Source: Octopus bimaculoides
Taxonomy: Eukaryota
Reading direction: 5' to 3'
Assembly (NCBI RefSeq): GCF_001194135.2
Contig: NC_068992.1
Span: 4,727,493-4,791,492, forward strand
Length of the DNA: 64,000 nucleotides
A program made the translations under genes and the position numbers. The notes under the pieces were generated by a model. The model was not told the origin of the DNA. It saw nothing but the letters and a program-made list of their open reading frames with translations, and ran no database searches. Positions within the stretch are counted from its first letter, which is position 1, and each line of letters opens with the position of its first letter. Positions 42,744 to 56,443 of the stretch are shown here, one piece after another.

Positions 42744-43463
42744 TTATATACATATTTATTAAGGTGGCTAGACGCAATTTGAAACCAAAACTGCACAATT
42801 CAACTGTCATTGAAAGTAAACGAATCTGCACCAGCATTGCTAGAAATAAGAGTCAAATAACTCTTAGCCAGAGAGCACAATTCTATAACAAGCAGGAGCA
42901 CCATATAGACCGGCCGATATTATGTGTGTGTGTGTGGGCGTATGCGGGTGCGTGTGTGTACTTGATTTACGCCTGTAAGTGCGTGAGTTTGCCTGAATTT
43001 AATTGTGTATCTGTGTTCAATAGAATTCACTTTATCACGATTTCCCTTTTTCTTGTAACTATCACCAAATTAACTTTGCTTCGCTTGGCACGTTCAAAGG
43101 CTATTCTCAACTCGAAATGTATTCGCAATAAAATTCGATGTTAAGTTCAGTCTCAGAAAACTCTATTATTTTCACAATGTAGAAATTAGTGAATTATCAA
43201 TTGAGAAAAAAAGAGACTTAATTTTTGTCTCTAAATCCAATTTCGTTGCTTTAATAAAGAAGTGGTTACATCTCTAATGTAATTCACTAGTTGCCACCAT
43301 TGATTTCATCAGTCCTTCCATAATACTTATTGTTTGAATGATATGCCTCTTACGTAGATTTTCCCCTCGATATAATGTGCTAAACAATGATTTGATTGAA
43401 ATGGACTAGAAATGGACTTAATCGAAACAATTCTGTTTCTACACACTATCATTTTACTATCGG

Positions 43464-43466
<3 letters not shown>

Positions 43467-43544
<78 letters not shown>
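43467..43544. repeat. (AAT)n microsatellite
   Basis: Direct reading. Confidence 0.98.
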
Positions 43545-43547
<3 letters not shown>

Positions 43548-44350
43548 AGAAATTAGTACAACTAGTGTTGGTAACTTTCGGTGTAAAATAAAAGAAAAAT
43601 CGATGGTGATAACTGTTTTGACTAACTTTCCCGTGGATTTCTTAGCGTATCAGTAACACCAAAGTTATTAACGAAACGTTCAAAACGGTATTTGCTAAAA
43701 TATTGGCGAGTGATTTGACTTTGATTTTCATATGACTTGACTTAAGGTGAAAGCAGATTCTGCTTTGTAGAATAGATATAGTCATTAGAAACATATGGAA
43801 TCACTTATATAATTGTATTACTTAACCATTAACATATTTACCATTGTTGTGAAACCTCATTTCACATCTAATCGAGCGCATCGTTAAGAATTGGCATTTC
43901 ATTACTGAACACACCATCATGTTGCAAGTATCTATTTTTACAAGACATAACGTATTCGCTTTTTTAAAGGATCGGTTTTCAGTGGTATTTGGATTCTATC
44001 TTAGATTCTCTGCCGATCTTTCTTCGTGTTATTACCTGACTTTGCGTAAGCGTAACACACGGACAAAACTGCGAAGTTAGAATAAGGCGCAGAATGGTAT
44101 TGTAGAATGTAACCTCACATAAATGTGTATATGTGTGTGAGTTTGTGAGCATATATATATATATATGTGTGTGTGTGTGAGTGTGCATTTATGTATGTAT
44201 GTACGCGCGTGAACGTGTGTCTGTAAGTATTTATGGGTGCGAAAGTACTTGGTGAGAAAGAGATAAGAGATAAATATTTAAACTAATTATATTTAAACTA
44301 ATTATATGAGTTTTACAGAATGTTCTAGATTCTGTCCCATTTCTTGTCAG

Positions 44351-44374
44351 CTCACTTCATCATCCAATGTCAAG
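44351..44374 (+). CDS. Candidate 24-nt microexon
   Basis: TTCTGTCCCATTTCTTGTCAG|CTCACTTCATCATCCAATGTCAAG|GTAATA; length is a multiple of 3 and all frames are open. Confidence 0.28.
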
Positions 44375-44437
44375 GTAATACATATTGTATACTCCGTTAA
44401 ATCATCTTAAAATACCTTCTTACCTCCTTTTATACAG

Positions 44438-44452
44438 GGTACCATATTCAAG
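44438..44452 (+). CDS. Candidate 15-nt microexon
   Basis: ACCTTCTTACCTCCTTTTATACAG|GGTACCATATTCAAG|GTGAGT; long pyrimidine tract, consensus donor and a length that is a multiple of 3. Confidence 0.33.
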
Positions 44453-45853
44453 GTGAGTTTCGTCACTTACTTTCGTGTCATGATACTCGGAAATTTCATT
44501 GTTCTAGGATTATTTTCTCACGAACACGATGTTGTATAATACATTCTGCGCTATGGAAAAGAGATCCAATCAATGTTTCTGGTAAAATCATCGGCACTAT
44601 CTTTATTATCAGCAACAACGTTATAAAAAAAAAATAATAATAAATACCTTAATAAAAGTACTGATAAATATTTCATTAGATGCATTGATACGAATATGCA
44701 AATATAATTATCCTTCATAATGCGTTTTCGAAGCATAAGGGATTTTTATGTTTGTTCATTTCGTGAAATATTCATTGACTTAAATTCAATTACCAGAATC
44801 TGAACAATATTCAAAGATGGTAAAGTTTAAAGAATCAATCCATAAATATATTTTGTAGCATTTCTGTTTTATTAAGCTTAAATATACAAATTTAAAGAAC
44901 CCTCGTGTTTTTGTGTAATTCTTACAATATATGCTAGATATTTCTCATGGAAATGTTATATTATCTATCAAAATATGCATTAAACATTAGCTTCCGCAAT
45001 TTAAGAAAAGATCTTCATGTAATATTATACAGAAATCTATACAGAAAGTAAATATCTTCCTAAAGGAACCGAAGCGCATGTAGAAATACATGCACAGACA
45101 TACTTGTCTCCATGTAATTTAGTGGCACATATCCTTTCATACATGTGTGCATTATATATATATATATATATATATATATNNNNNNNNNNATATAAGTGTG
45201 CGTATGGGTGTGTGTATGTATTCTTATGCGTCTAATGTAAGTGTATATTTATGCAAACTTGCATACATATATAAATATATAAATGTATATATGTGTGCAC
45301 ATGTATGGTTATTTGTGATTTACTTTGTCTACTTGCTCGCGAGGAAATCATACACCGGTATGTCAATACTACAGCGACGCTGCTCAGGATAAAGCTACAC
45401 ATAAAGAGAAAAGCAGACACATTGGCGTGCGAAGAATCGAAATTTTTACGGATTTACACATCGCATTCCATGTGCTCCCACAGATGTGGAACTGATGTAA
45501 ATATTGGTGGAATGTCACTAAAGCGACTCTAATTCATCTACGCATACGACTTTTCCTTTTGTTATTTCGAGTAACCCGAGTCTGCATTAGCATTTGAAAT
45601 GATAATCGCCATAATACACGTGTTACACAAAGTAACGCACAGGAACGTTACAGGGACAGAAGCCTATGTGACACGAAAAAACCAATCGTTACACTTTGGA
45701 GCTTTTTGACCCGAAGCAAAAATATAGATGGAGAAAATAACCGAGTCCCAGTATCTACGAACATCATAAGTTTCAATTATGCGTAATATTTTCCGCGTGC
45801 ATTTGCGTAATAGTTAAAAATAAAACATGTACACGCACTCACATAGCGACCTG

Positions 45854-46220
45854 TCTCGTGGCACTCCGTCGGTTACGACGACGAAGGTTCCAGTTGATCT
45901 GATCAACGGAACAGTTTGCTCGTGATATTAGCGTGTAAGTGGCTGAGCATTCTATAGACACGTGTAACCCTAACGTAGATCTCGGGGAGATTCAGCGTGT
46001 CACAATGTGTGACAAGGCTGGTCCTTCGAAATACATGTACAGCAGAAACAAGAAGAAAGAGTGAGAGAAAGTTGTGGTGAAAGAGTACAATAGGATTCGC
46101 AAGCATCGCCTGCCGGAGCTTCGTGGAAATTTGGGTGTTTTCTCTCAATAAACACTCGCCCGGGTTGGGAATCAAAACCGCGATCCCACGACTGCGTGTC
46201 AGCTGCCCTAATCACTGGGC
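45854..46220 (-). mobile_element. SINE family B (central-module variant 2) with 12-bp TSD
   Basis: Colinear with 12343-12690; flanks CATAGCGACCTG (45842-45853) and CATAGCGATCTG (46221-46232) match at 11/12. Confidence 0.9.
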
Positions 46221-46739
46221 CATAGCGATCTGAACACAATTGAGCACACTATCACATGCTCGCAGATTTACATTCTATGATGATAGAAATATAATTGGAA
46301 AGAAGTTGAATCAGCAGCTTTCATAAGAAATTACATTTATTTCTCTGGTGGAGAGTTCAATAAATCTACGGGTGGCAAAAGACTTATCTGTATATTTATA
46401 AATGTATATGAATATTCATCACTAAGTTACGAGTGTGTGTGTGCTTGCTGCTATCCACTTCTCTGCTTCTCTCTCGTTGTTGGTATATATACATACATAT
46501 ATATATGCATGTGCGCTCTCATACATAGAGATATACAGAGTAATACACCCACGCATATCCACACACTCACACACACACGAATGTATATTTACAGAAAAAA
46601 CAAACTGCTAAGCATTAGTGAACGTTCTCTCATTTCGACCTACGGTTGTTTATGTTATGTAGTTTGATGAGCTGCCTTGATAATGATTCTAGCGCTGGAC
46701 ATGATGAAGATGGCAATAGCAATGATGACGATTATGATG

Positions 46740-46754
46740 ATTAAAATACCATCG

Positions 46755-46807
<53 letters not shown>

Positions 46808-46853
46808 GTCATCATCACCATCATCATCATCTATCATCATCATCATCACTACC
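46740..46853. repeat. (TCA)n microsatellite
   Basis: Direct reading. Confidence 0.97.
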
Positions 46854-46944
46854 ATCTAAAGCTTGTTATTCATACTGACATGGTTCCGACGTGTTGACAG
46901 GAACTGACATGGTCAGTCATCGCACTAGGATTTCATTGTTTTAG

Positions 46945-47050
46945 ATTAGTTTCTACGGCTAGATGCCCTTCCTAACGTCAAACATTTTACAGAATGTATT
47001 GGGTGCATTTTACGTGACTCCATCAACTGTGTATATTATACGGCACCAGC
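46945..47050 (+). mobile_element. Probable LINE 3'-tail fragment
   Basis: GTTTCTACGGCTAGATGCCCTTCCTAACGTCAAAC...GGCACCAGC resembles a recalled retroposon tail motif (GGATGCCCTTCCT.ACGCCAAC). It is single copy here. Confidence 0.4.
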
Positions 47051-49366
47051 AGCCACACCAACACTGCTTACGTCGTACCTTGGTATAGGACCTTAATTCT
47101 GTTTACGTCGGTATATCTCATACGATATGGCCATAACTCAACATTTCTTGCAAGAAAATTCTAAAGTTTATTCTTTATTGAAATATTAAGTGCACCTACT
47201 TGGAATATGTAAGTAATGGAAGTGCAGAGGATTGTTCATGTGGATCTATAGTGATGTTAAAATGCTGCTTATAACTCCTTCAGGCTTGCGTTAGTATGCA
47301 CCCAAATAGTTTGCTTTCCTAAGTTAACATACCCAATATGTACAACTCGCTGGATATAGGAAACCGAACACAGTGACTCTCTCACGAAATGTTGTTTTCT
47401 GCACAAAATATGCTAATGTATATTTAAATTCGTTAACGAGTTAGTTGATAGTATCTTTAAAATGTTCAATAATTAAAGAGATGTGAATATATATTTGATA
47501 TAACAACAGAAAGAATTGTTGAAAATGAATGCGTCAATTCTAATGATGGCAGCAACTGCAACATCAGTATTGGTGCAGATTAGCAGAATAGGATTTTTAC
47601 ATTATATTCTTTTCATTGAAAAGAAAACATAATTATGATGTCACAGTTAGTTTAACTTTAATTCTTAGTAACCAGCAATTCCTATTTCCTTTTAAAGATT
47701 TCGTGACGAAGCAAGCTGATTTAATATTCTTGTGAGCATGCCCTGAAGAAATCTAAATAAGAAACCAAATGAACTATTACTCTCTATAATGCATGGTGTT
47801 TCCTTTCAATTTTTAACTTCGCCACCTGGTCAATAAAATGCCTTCGTTGGCTTCCTTTAATTTTACATTGTATTTTACCTCATTTAAAATTGGTTTCCTT
47901 TCGAAATATTCTTCTGCTCTTAATAATTTCGTTATCAGTCAATTTTATGAAATTTTTCGTGAAATAAAATATAAAGAAATAACACAAAAAATATAATTCG
48001 GAATAAAATGTACGAAAAATAAAATATTCAAACGTTAAAAAAATATGTATAAGAGCATATTCAGAGTATTTCAATTTAAATAAGATAGAGAACTTTACTT
48101 GGGGGCAATATTGCTTTTGAAATGACAGAGCAAGTGAACAGTAGATTATATTTTAAGAGCATTGTATTTTAAATCGTGACCCATTTCCTACGGAAGCTAA
48201 TAACGGTTACGAAAAAGAGTGACAAAAGACAGAGAAATGTGTCATTCTATGGTAATGCTTATTAAAGACATTAAATTGAAATCTACAACGTAAAAAAAAA
48301 AACTATTAGAGATGATATGATGGATCTCATCCAACCTCTCACGATCGACAGATTACGACATGTGTTCTACATAGCAATATGGGAGTTACAATAAGCAGAA
48401 AGCACCTGCATCAGAATGATAATAAGGAGGCATAATTCTAATGCAAAGGTAGTTTGCAAGACATCATAAGCTCCCTTCCTGACGGACGGATGCGTGAAAC
48501 TCTGAATGAACTCTGAAGAACCAAGTATTCGGTTTACGTCTTGAAAGCATATTTTTGGTAAGAAAACATGCCGTATGCGGATAGAGGAGAGTGGAGATAG
48601 TAATAAAATCTGACATGCCCCCAGCTGTTGATAGCATTTAAACTTAGTCTGAGCTTTTTAGACATTAAAGTAACAGATTTGTTCATTGCATGTAGTTGTG
48701 AAAGACAGGATATGTTCACACTACTGAGTAATTACACATAAGACAATATGATATAAGATAAATGGATACATTTAACGAAAAACGAAACAAGTAGGAAACG
48801 AATATTGTTGTAGTTGGGTAATTTTTCGATAATAATAATTTATATTTTATTGTGTAATGTTAAAAGTTCAATATGAATTCAAATGAATAGAGTAAAACTC
48901 CGTGATTTGTTTCCTTATATAGTTCTTATAAGAAAATTACAAGCAAAACTATGCACAGCATGGTTTTCTGTTTCAAAAGCTCCCTTACCCAGCAGTTACG
49001 TTAGTATGATTGACCATTCAGATATTGATGTAATAAATATTGACATTTGGACAGGTGTTTGTAAGGCTCCTGCCTTACAAACTTGGTATATTATGTCGTA
49101 AGCTGCACGATCTCTTTTTAAAGTGTAAAATGCGAAAGTGGTAACATGACTTCTAAACGATAGAAATCAGGCAGATGAACCCAGTGACACCAACACTACG
49201 AGAAAATAAATTCTGAGTATAATGTCCAGGTGCAAAATCAATTTCCAATTTCGAACACAATAAGCATTTAAAAAATATTTGCAATTGTAATTCTTTCAAT
49301 AATAAACGTAATTATAACTAATTATAATAAGGGACTGGAATGAAAAGCGCAGGAGCAGTATTCTAG

Positions 49367-50214
49367 AATATTCTCAACTAGTGAACCTGGAACTGTACAG
49401 AACAAGTAGCAAATAAACATGTGAAATACAAGACAAGAAGAAGGAAACAAGAAACTTAAGATGTTGCTGGTTAAGTTAAAATTTCCTAAAAACATTTCTG
49501 AAATTATTCATTAAATATTTTGTACACTGCTTATTTTCTTCATATTTGTTAGCTTTTATGGTCATTTTTGCGATATTCGAGTAAATTTTTTAAAAATCTA
49601 AATATTTCTTTGAATTAAGCTAAAACATTTTTTTTTTCTTAACAAAACTCATTATCCAAAAATTTCAAATTAAAGATATTGCTATGAAATTAAAGTCGTT
49701 GAATATATGTAATTCAAAAGAGTAAAAAGTAATTAAAAGAATTTACTTTCAGAGAGACAAAGGAATTAATTTCTTTAAAGATTGCTTTATGAGATAACAA
49801 AGTATTTTCTATTTACAGAGAGAATAATATTAAAAAAATGAACGCTAATGAACAAATTGAGAGCAAAATGTAGAAATGTACAATAGGATTAGAAAAAGAA
49901 AAGAAAACATTTAGGGTTATAATTGTCAATTGTGCTTAAATTGCTGTTATGTGATTTTTTAAATGTATATAATTGTAATATCAAATTTTTAATGTGTAAT
50001 CTAGCAGCCAATTAACCTTTCCACTAATATTGAAGATAAATATCTTTTTGAGTATTTTAATTTAAATCGTTGGGTGATTTTCTTTTTTAGATATATAAAA
50101 GAGAATTTATTACTATTTTACTTCAGCAGCAATATTCCAAGTTTCCGCTTGTACTTTTCCAGGTTTAATTCTTGATTATCCTCTATATTTCCAGGTTCAC
50201 TACTTAAGAATATT
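49367..50214. repeat. 26-bp inverted repeat pair about 800 bp apart
   Basis: AATATTCTCAACTAGTGAACCTGGAA (49367-49392) vs the reverse complement of 50189-50214, AATATTCTTAAGTAGTGAACCTGGAA: 24/26. Confidence 0.85.
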
Positions 50215-50253
50215 TGAGGATTCTGCGCCCGCATTNNNNNNNNNNTACATACA

Positions 50254-50289
<36 letters not shown>

Positions 50290-50379
50290 TGCACACTAGA
50301 TTACCCAGGGATCCACTAGAATAGCTCTCATAAACAGAAAACGCACACATTCGTTCTTCACAACTTCTGGAGCTGCTTT

Positions 50380-50767
50380 AAGATATGGCTCAACCCATTT
50401 TTATAAAAAGGATAATTCTAAAACCTGGCCACATATCTCCCCAAACTGCTACACCCTTGATTACTATATGTGGGGTGTAGTTGAGCGCGAGGCCAACAAA
50501 ACTCGTTGTAACACCAAAGATGAACTGAAAGCAAGGGTTATGGTAGAATTCACCAACTTAAACAAGGAGACCGCCCAGAAATGTTGCAGATTTCCAAGAC
50601 ATCTGCAGGCTGTGGTTTAAGCCAAGGGTGATTTTATTGAATAAATTTTCTCTTTAGTCTCTCAAAATATTTTAAAATAATTTTAGTAGAGATATTTGTT
50701 AAAATGTGATGTTAGTATTATTTTAATTTTTGCGTAAATTATGCAACAGTTTATTTACCGCACCCTG
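50380..50767 (+). mobile_element. Decayed Tc1/mariner (DD37D/maT-like) transposase C-terminus with right TIR
   Basis: 50426-50644 reads WPHISPNCYTLDYYMWGVVEREANKTRCNTKDELKARVMVEFTNLNKETAQKCCRFPRHLQAVV*AKGDFIE*, matching the WPPxSPDxNPLDYxxWG motif. It ends ...TTACCGCACCCTG|TA (TIR CAGGGTG...). The subfamily call is inference. Confidence 0.87.
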
Positions 50768-50792
50768 TATGTATATATATATATATATCAGA

Positions 50793-50886
50793 AAAAATAT
50801 CACAAAGAAACTGTTACTCAGAGTTTACAAAGCTCTCCAACGAACGGGAACGTGTAACTCTGAGTAACAGTTTTCGTGATATTTTT
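50793..50886. repeat. 94-bp fold-back (11-bp and 18-bp perfect stems)
   Basis: AAAAATATCAC (50793-50803) pairs with GTGATATTTTT (50876-50886); AAACTGTTACTCAGAGTT (50808-50825) pairs with AACTCTGAGTAACAGTTT (50856-50873). Confidence 0.95.
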
Positions 50887-50986
50887 GGTGCTTTTTAATA
50901 AAGCATATTACTCTACCTCTGGTATTCGTGTACTATTCTTTTCCACCTTGTTTCGCATTCCTGTGCATACTGTGGTACATATATAT

Positions 50987-51060
<74 letters not shown>

Positions 51061-54000
51061 GTATGCCTTCTGTTATAAACACCTTAATTTATGTCTATGC
51101 CTATCGATTACTTCTGTTAGTGCATGACATTTTTAATTTTCATGTATAAGCTCTTCAAGATAATATAGACATTTCTATCTCCCCAGACACTGCTATTTGT
51201 GTACTTGATTGGACTTTTCACAAAAAAACTATTTTTAGCTATATTTTACCTCATTGTGTCCTTAGTGTTTTATTTAATTATATTTTCTTCTATTTTTCCT
51301 CATTTTCCTCGTGTTTCTCTGGCGTTTTATTCCCTACTCTTTCTTCTGTTAATTGTTCTCAATGTTCGTCTTTGCATCTTCTCTTATTTTCTTGTATGTT
51401 TTCCTTTCCAATTATAAGCCGTGTTTCCAATTCTATCATTTATTTTACCACCCCACCTTTCTCACTATTTCCCTTCCGATACAGAATAATTTTTTTATTA
51501 AATATTGTGTTTTTCACGAGATGTAACCCATTCTTTTCCTATTCGCCCGTATATTCAAAACCTCGTTCCGTTTTATAGCGTCTCTTACACTTACTTTTAC
51601 ACACATTTCCAGCACCCTATATCACTTTCCCTTTCATTTCACTTCAGCTCCGCACACTCTCTCACATTATTAATTTCACCCACGTCCGTTTTTATTCTTC
51701 TCAACATCAGTTCTTCTGTCATATTCCTCCTTTACTTTACTTACATTAAGTTCATTTAATGAACAAACGTCAGAAATGTTAAACATTTTACATTACCGTT
51801 TAAGCTAAAACTGATTTAATATTTTTAAAAACATGCTACACCTTATTAATTTTCATTTATCTACTCACCACAGTATCATATATATTACCATCACCTTTGA
51901 TTTTTCTCCACCTGGGTACATTCTTGGACTTTTAACAAGCATTGTATTTTTATTTATTTTTCGCAATGTTTCATCGCAAGTGCTCTGTGTCAGGTTTTTG
52001 GAGATAAAAGAGCTGGCTTATATAAGAAATCTACACGAAAATCTGATGAAGTAAAGATTACCTACTTCATTCGGTTAGCATAATTCAGGCACCATCTCCA
52101 CAAAAAACATGCTTTAGACGATGGAATTAAATAATTTATGAGTCTATTCTCCAGTATCATTTTCAAATGTCCTTTGCAATCGTTTTTACTATGAGACCTC
52201 TTCACATTATTAGTTTACTAACTAGAAGCGTGCACGTGGGAAGGGCTACACAAAGGTCAAATGACATGCAGATTATCTATTTCCTTTTTCTTTGGTTTCG
52301 AAAAATCTATTTTCTTATAAATTGAAAATCGAATGTAGCACGAAAACACGCTCATATATATTAACAAATGAATAGTGAATTACATATGAGATTTTCTATA
52401 TATTTTTCCAGAGCAATTCTTAAAAAGATTCTCCATTTGAGTGCTTCATATTGAATTGAATAGAACATATTTTTCAGGTCAACTCTTCTAAAGTTTATAT
52501 TGTGTTGCTGCAATATGGGCAGGAGCAAGTTCTGTAAAATCGCTTTTTGTCTATAGGAAATATATATTTAGGCTTGGAGTTATTCCTTGTTTCTAACTCA
52601 GGTTCGCGCGGAAGAATTCGATTAATATTCACACAAGTTCATACACCCAATGTCTATGCCTCAAAACTGCGGATCTATATTCAGGAGGGATCACCTAACA
52701 TGTATGGGAGGCAACAGTTTCCGGCGAAACTACGAAACTTAACTCTTGCTTCAGCATTACGGAAGATTAACTAACACTAAACTAAATATTACGTTTCTCA
52801 ACTAAAATATATATTCTGTTCTCGATGTGTTTCTTGATAAAATGGCTGCTTCCAAACACAACTTTTAGAGACAAAGCAAATACCAAACTTCTTTAGAAGC
52901 GTGTACGTATTAGCATTTCTCATATATTTTGTATAATGATATTTATGGTAAGCATAAAAAGAAAGGACTTCCACCACTTTCAGTTACTTATTTATTGAAG
53001 TTTATGTTGTGACAGCTTCCCGATCAAGAGTATTGTGAATTTTATTATCCACATCAGATCATCATGAGAAAGCTTTTGTTTGAAAGAATGTAGATCATGA
53101 AATAGATGCTGAAGAATTGTAGCTAACTAAGTTGTACGCATATCTATTTACACATAACTTTCATACAGAATTTTAAAGAAACACATTTTACTAGAAAGCT
53201 AAACACTTTTTAAAGATCTTGTATGTAAAAAAAAAAAACAATTCAAAACATACTTATCATCCATTTTCTATGCGTGTAAATTTAATGTCTTCACTGTTTC
53301 CTGAGATAATGCCCTCAAGGATCAGGATGAAAATCTGAAACTTTTCGGTATTTCGCTTTCCTATATATAACACAAAGCACAAAATTGTAAAACACGTTTT
53401 TCTCCTAAAAAGATAAAAACAATACGAACATAGGAAGGAAGTATAGCAGGGTTCTCAGCGAATAAGCATTAAAATTTCAGAAGAAACGTGATTAGATATC
53501 TACGGGCTAAGTTCAAAGAAGAGTATTCATATATGAAAAGAAATGCCGTATTACCAGAAAAAGCAACACGGAAATGAACAAATTATATAGCTTGTTTTTT
53601 ATCATATCCTCTATTTTTTAAAATTTTACCACACAAATTTGGTAGTGTGCAATTCACCTTTCCAAAATAATGCTCTATGTAATAATCACATTGTAAGAAC
53701 AACTACTTCCTGTGATGAAAATTTCTGAACATAAGATGAAATGATTACGTATACACATATATAAAATTCTCTACACATTGAAATATGTATGTAATTATGT
53801 TACAGATATACTTTTATATATATTGAGAAAGAGAGGCAGAAAGAGAAAGAGAAAAACAAACACACAGAGAGAAACACACTGACAGGGAGACAGATATACA
53901 CACGTTGAATGTCACTAGAATATCCACTGGCAATATACAATTTTACATTTTTTATGACGCTTACATCTATGGATGTAAGATTTATAAATTCTAAACGAAA

Positions 54001-54330
54001 TTCAGAATTCAGATGCGTCGACTATATCGTCGTCAGTGAAGTCATATATTATAACTGTTTATTAATTTTTTAAAAGATGGAATATTTACGGTGATATTTA
54101 AATAAAAGCATGCACTCAAGAAAACGAAGTGCAATAGAGGGTACCAAGACTTGGGTGTCTTTAGTCATCTCATTCACAATTACATTTGAAATATATCAAC
54201 TATGTATAAGCACGCACCTGCACGCACACACACGCGTGCAAGTACTCACACGGATATACACACGGACGCACAAACACAATTATGCATATACACACAGATA
54301 TACGTAGGCATGTATATTTGTATGTATGTA

Positions 54331-54527
54331 CGGCGGGGTAACCAAGAGTAACAGGAATTTTGTAATCTTATATTTTTTATTCACTTAATTTTCATGTTTA
54401 CTCTTTTATCGCCTTCAAAGTATTCTCCATTTGAAGCAATGCCCCGATCCTCGCGCGTTTTCCACTATGCTGGAACTCTTGAAAAGTGATGCCTTTTAAC
54501 ACCTCTGTCGTTTTTGCGTCGCCTCTG
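54331..54527 (-). mobile_element. Decayed mariner C-terminus with TIR
   Basis: The minus strand reads ...KTTEVLKGITFQEF / WKTREDRGIASNGEYFEGD (a mariner C-terminal GEYFE motif). It ends at TA|CGGCGGGGTAACCAAGAGTAACAGGAATT. Confidence 0.82.

Positions 54528-54597
<70 letters not shown>
54528..54597. repeat. (TCTA)n microsatellite
   Basis: Direct reading. Confidence 0.97.
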
Positions 54598-56443
54598 AGT
54601 CCATCCATTCATCCATGGATGTATGTGTGTATATATGCATGTATATATCTATCTGTCTGTCTATCTATCTTTCATTTCTCTTTTACTACCATTAACCCTC
54701 TCGCTCTCTCCCTCTCGTTCATATAACTAGAAGTTAGAACTGGAATCAGATAAACAATCAGATATTCCTCGGTATGTTCGGTTATCAGGAGAACAGTATC
54801 AAGGTTTCGTGTATAAATTAACTTCTCCAGTATTTTGAAATCGTAGAATCACGAAGGTGGGTGTATATGATGATTAAACAAAAAGGTTAGGAATAATGTG
54901 ACATAAAAATATTCGTCCCATATCTTTACAGCTGTATCGTAACATGTATTTAGTTATATCATTGACGCTAAATCAGCTTACACACATAGACATATACATA
55001 TTGTATAGATATATCTGTATTCTAATATAATAGAAAGGAATGTTACCATTGGAGTATTTGAAGAGAAGTAAATATTAGAATTTGTGCTTGGTGTTTTAAA
55101 TTCATACGAACTGGCATGAGAGTCATTTGGTAATCGTGTAAGTCTTCGAGATATCGGACGTATTAATATGAGTAAATAGATTGAAAGCAAATAAAAGTAA
55201 AGAAAATATAATGAAATTAAGTACCGCCTACATGTTTTGTTTTCAAAATGAAGCCGGATGTAGCCCATAAAATGATGCGTACCTGTAATGCCTAAAATAA
55301 AGACTATATATGCAATTGATTTAAACTAAATTTCCAAAGTCCAACTACGACTATACACATATTCGCGGACTCATATATTCTACATTTACGTACGCACATA
55401 TACTTATACGCATATGCACGCTCATCCCACCGAAAATCATTACGCGTACATTCAGTTAAAAGCATCCACCCTGATAGACTTACGTACTGAAGATACATGC
55501 CCCCTCTCTCTCTCTCTCTCTTTCTCTGCGATACACACACACACAGGTCTGTACACTCAAGCAGAACTTGTATAGATGTCAGTAGTGACACTTGTTAGCA
55601 ATTATGCACTATGTAATTACGATCGTAAGCAATTATAATAACTAATTATAATTGATGTAAGGATTTTATGAACCAGGAATATAAGAGATTAGGCCAAGGT
55701 TATCTTGTTTTAGTGATAAATTGTAAGAATTTAAAAACAAATTGATTTGGTATAATACAATTCTTAAAATTATTAGCCAAATATAATAAATATGCGATTC
55801 AATCAACGTAAGTCAATGTGTTCGTATCATTCGGCTCAGTACACTCATAGCATTAGTTGCGCTTATTGGACCACAATATTAGATAATTAAATGGCTTAGA
55901 AATTAGGGTGAAGGCGATCGTAAAATGTTACTAATGATTAAAATCATTTATCAATAAATTACTTAGGTAGGTTATCAAGGATAATAGGTGCATTACATTT
56001 AAGATCTAAATATTATACTTACTAGGTTTGTATTTCAAAGTTTGGAATTCATAAGCAAGTTACATGAAAATTTAAATCAGTAATTACAGAAGATTTATAG
56101 ACAATATTTCTCTAAGATCATGTTCACTAAGAGGAAAGAGAGGGTGAGAGAGAAAGAAAGAGAGAGAGAGAGGAGCTATTTCTACAGTTGCAGGATTTAT
56201 TCACCTAAAGAAGTTAGAGTTGCTAGGTTTCGAACTGTTACTATTATTACCTTGGTTATTAGATTGCGGCTCAACAATGTGACCCCTTAGACGATTAAGT
56301 GTATATGGAGGACTGAACTCTAGGCATTTTACTGCCCTAAGATATACGGTTCAGTTAAATACATTTGAACCTAGCTAGGTATTCGACAATGATAAGTGTT
56401 GTGGAGTGAGCTAGCTTCATTTTATATGGGTGAGACATCTTAC

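Noticed and set aside
54010-54040. Minus-strand CTGACGA-stem resembling a hammerhead
   Set aside because: Helix II is followed by ACGC rather than GAAA, so the core is incomplete.
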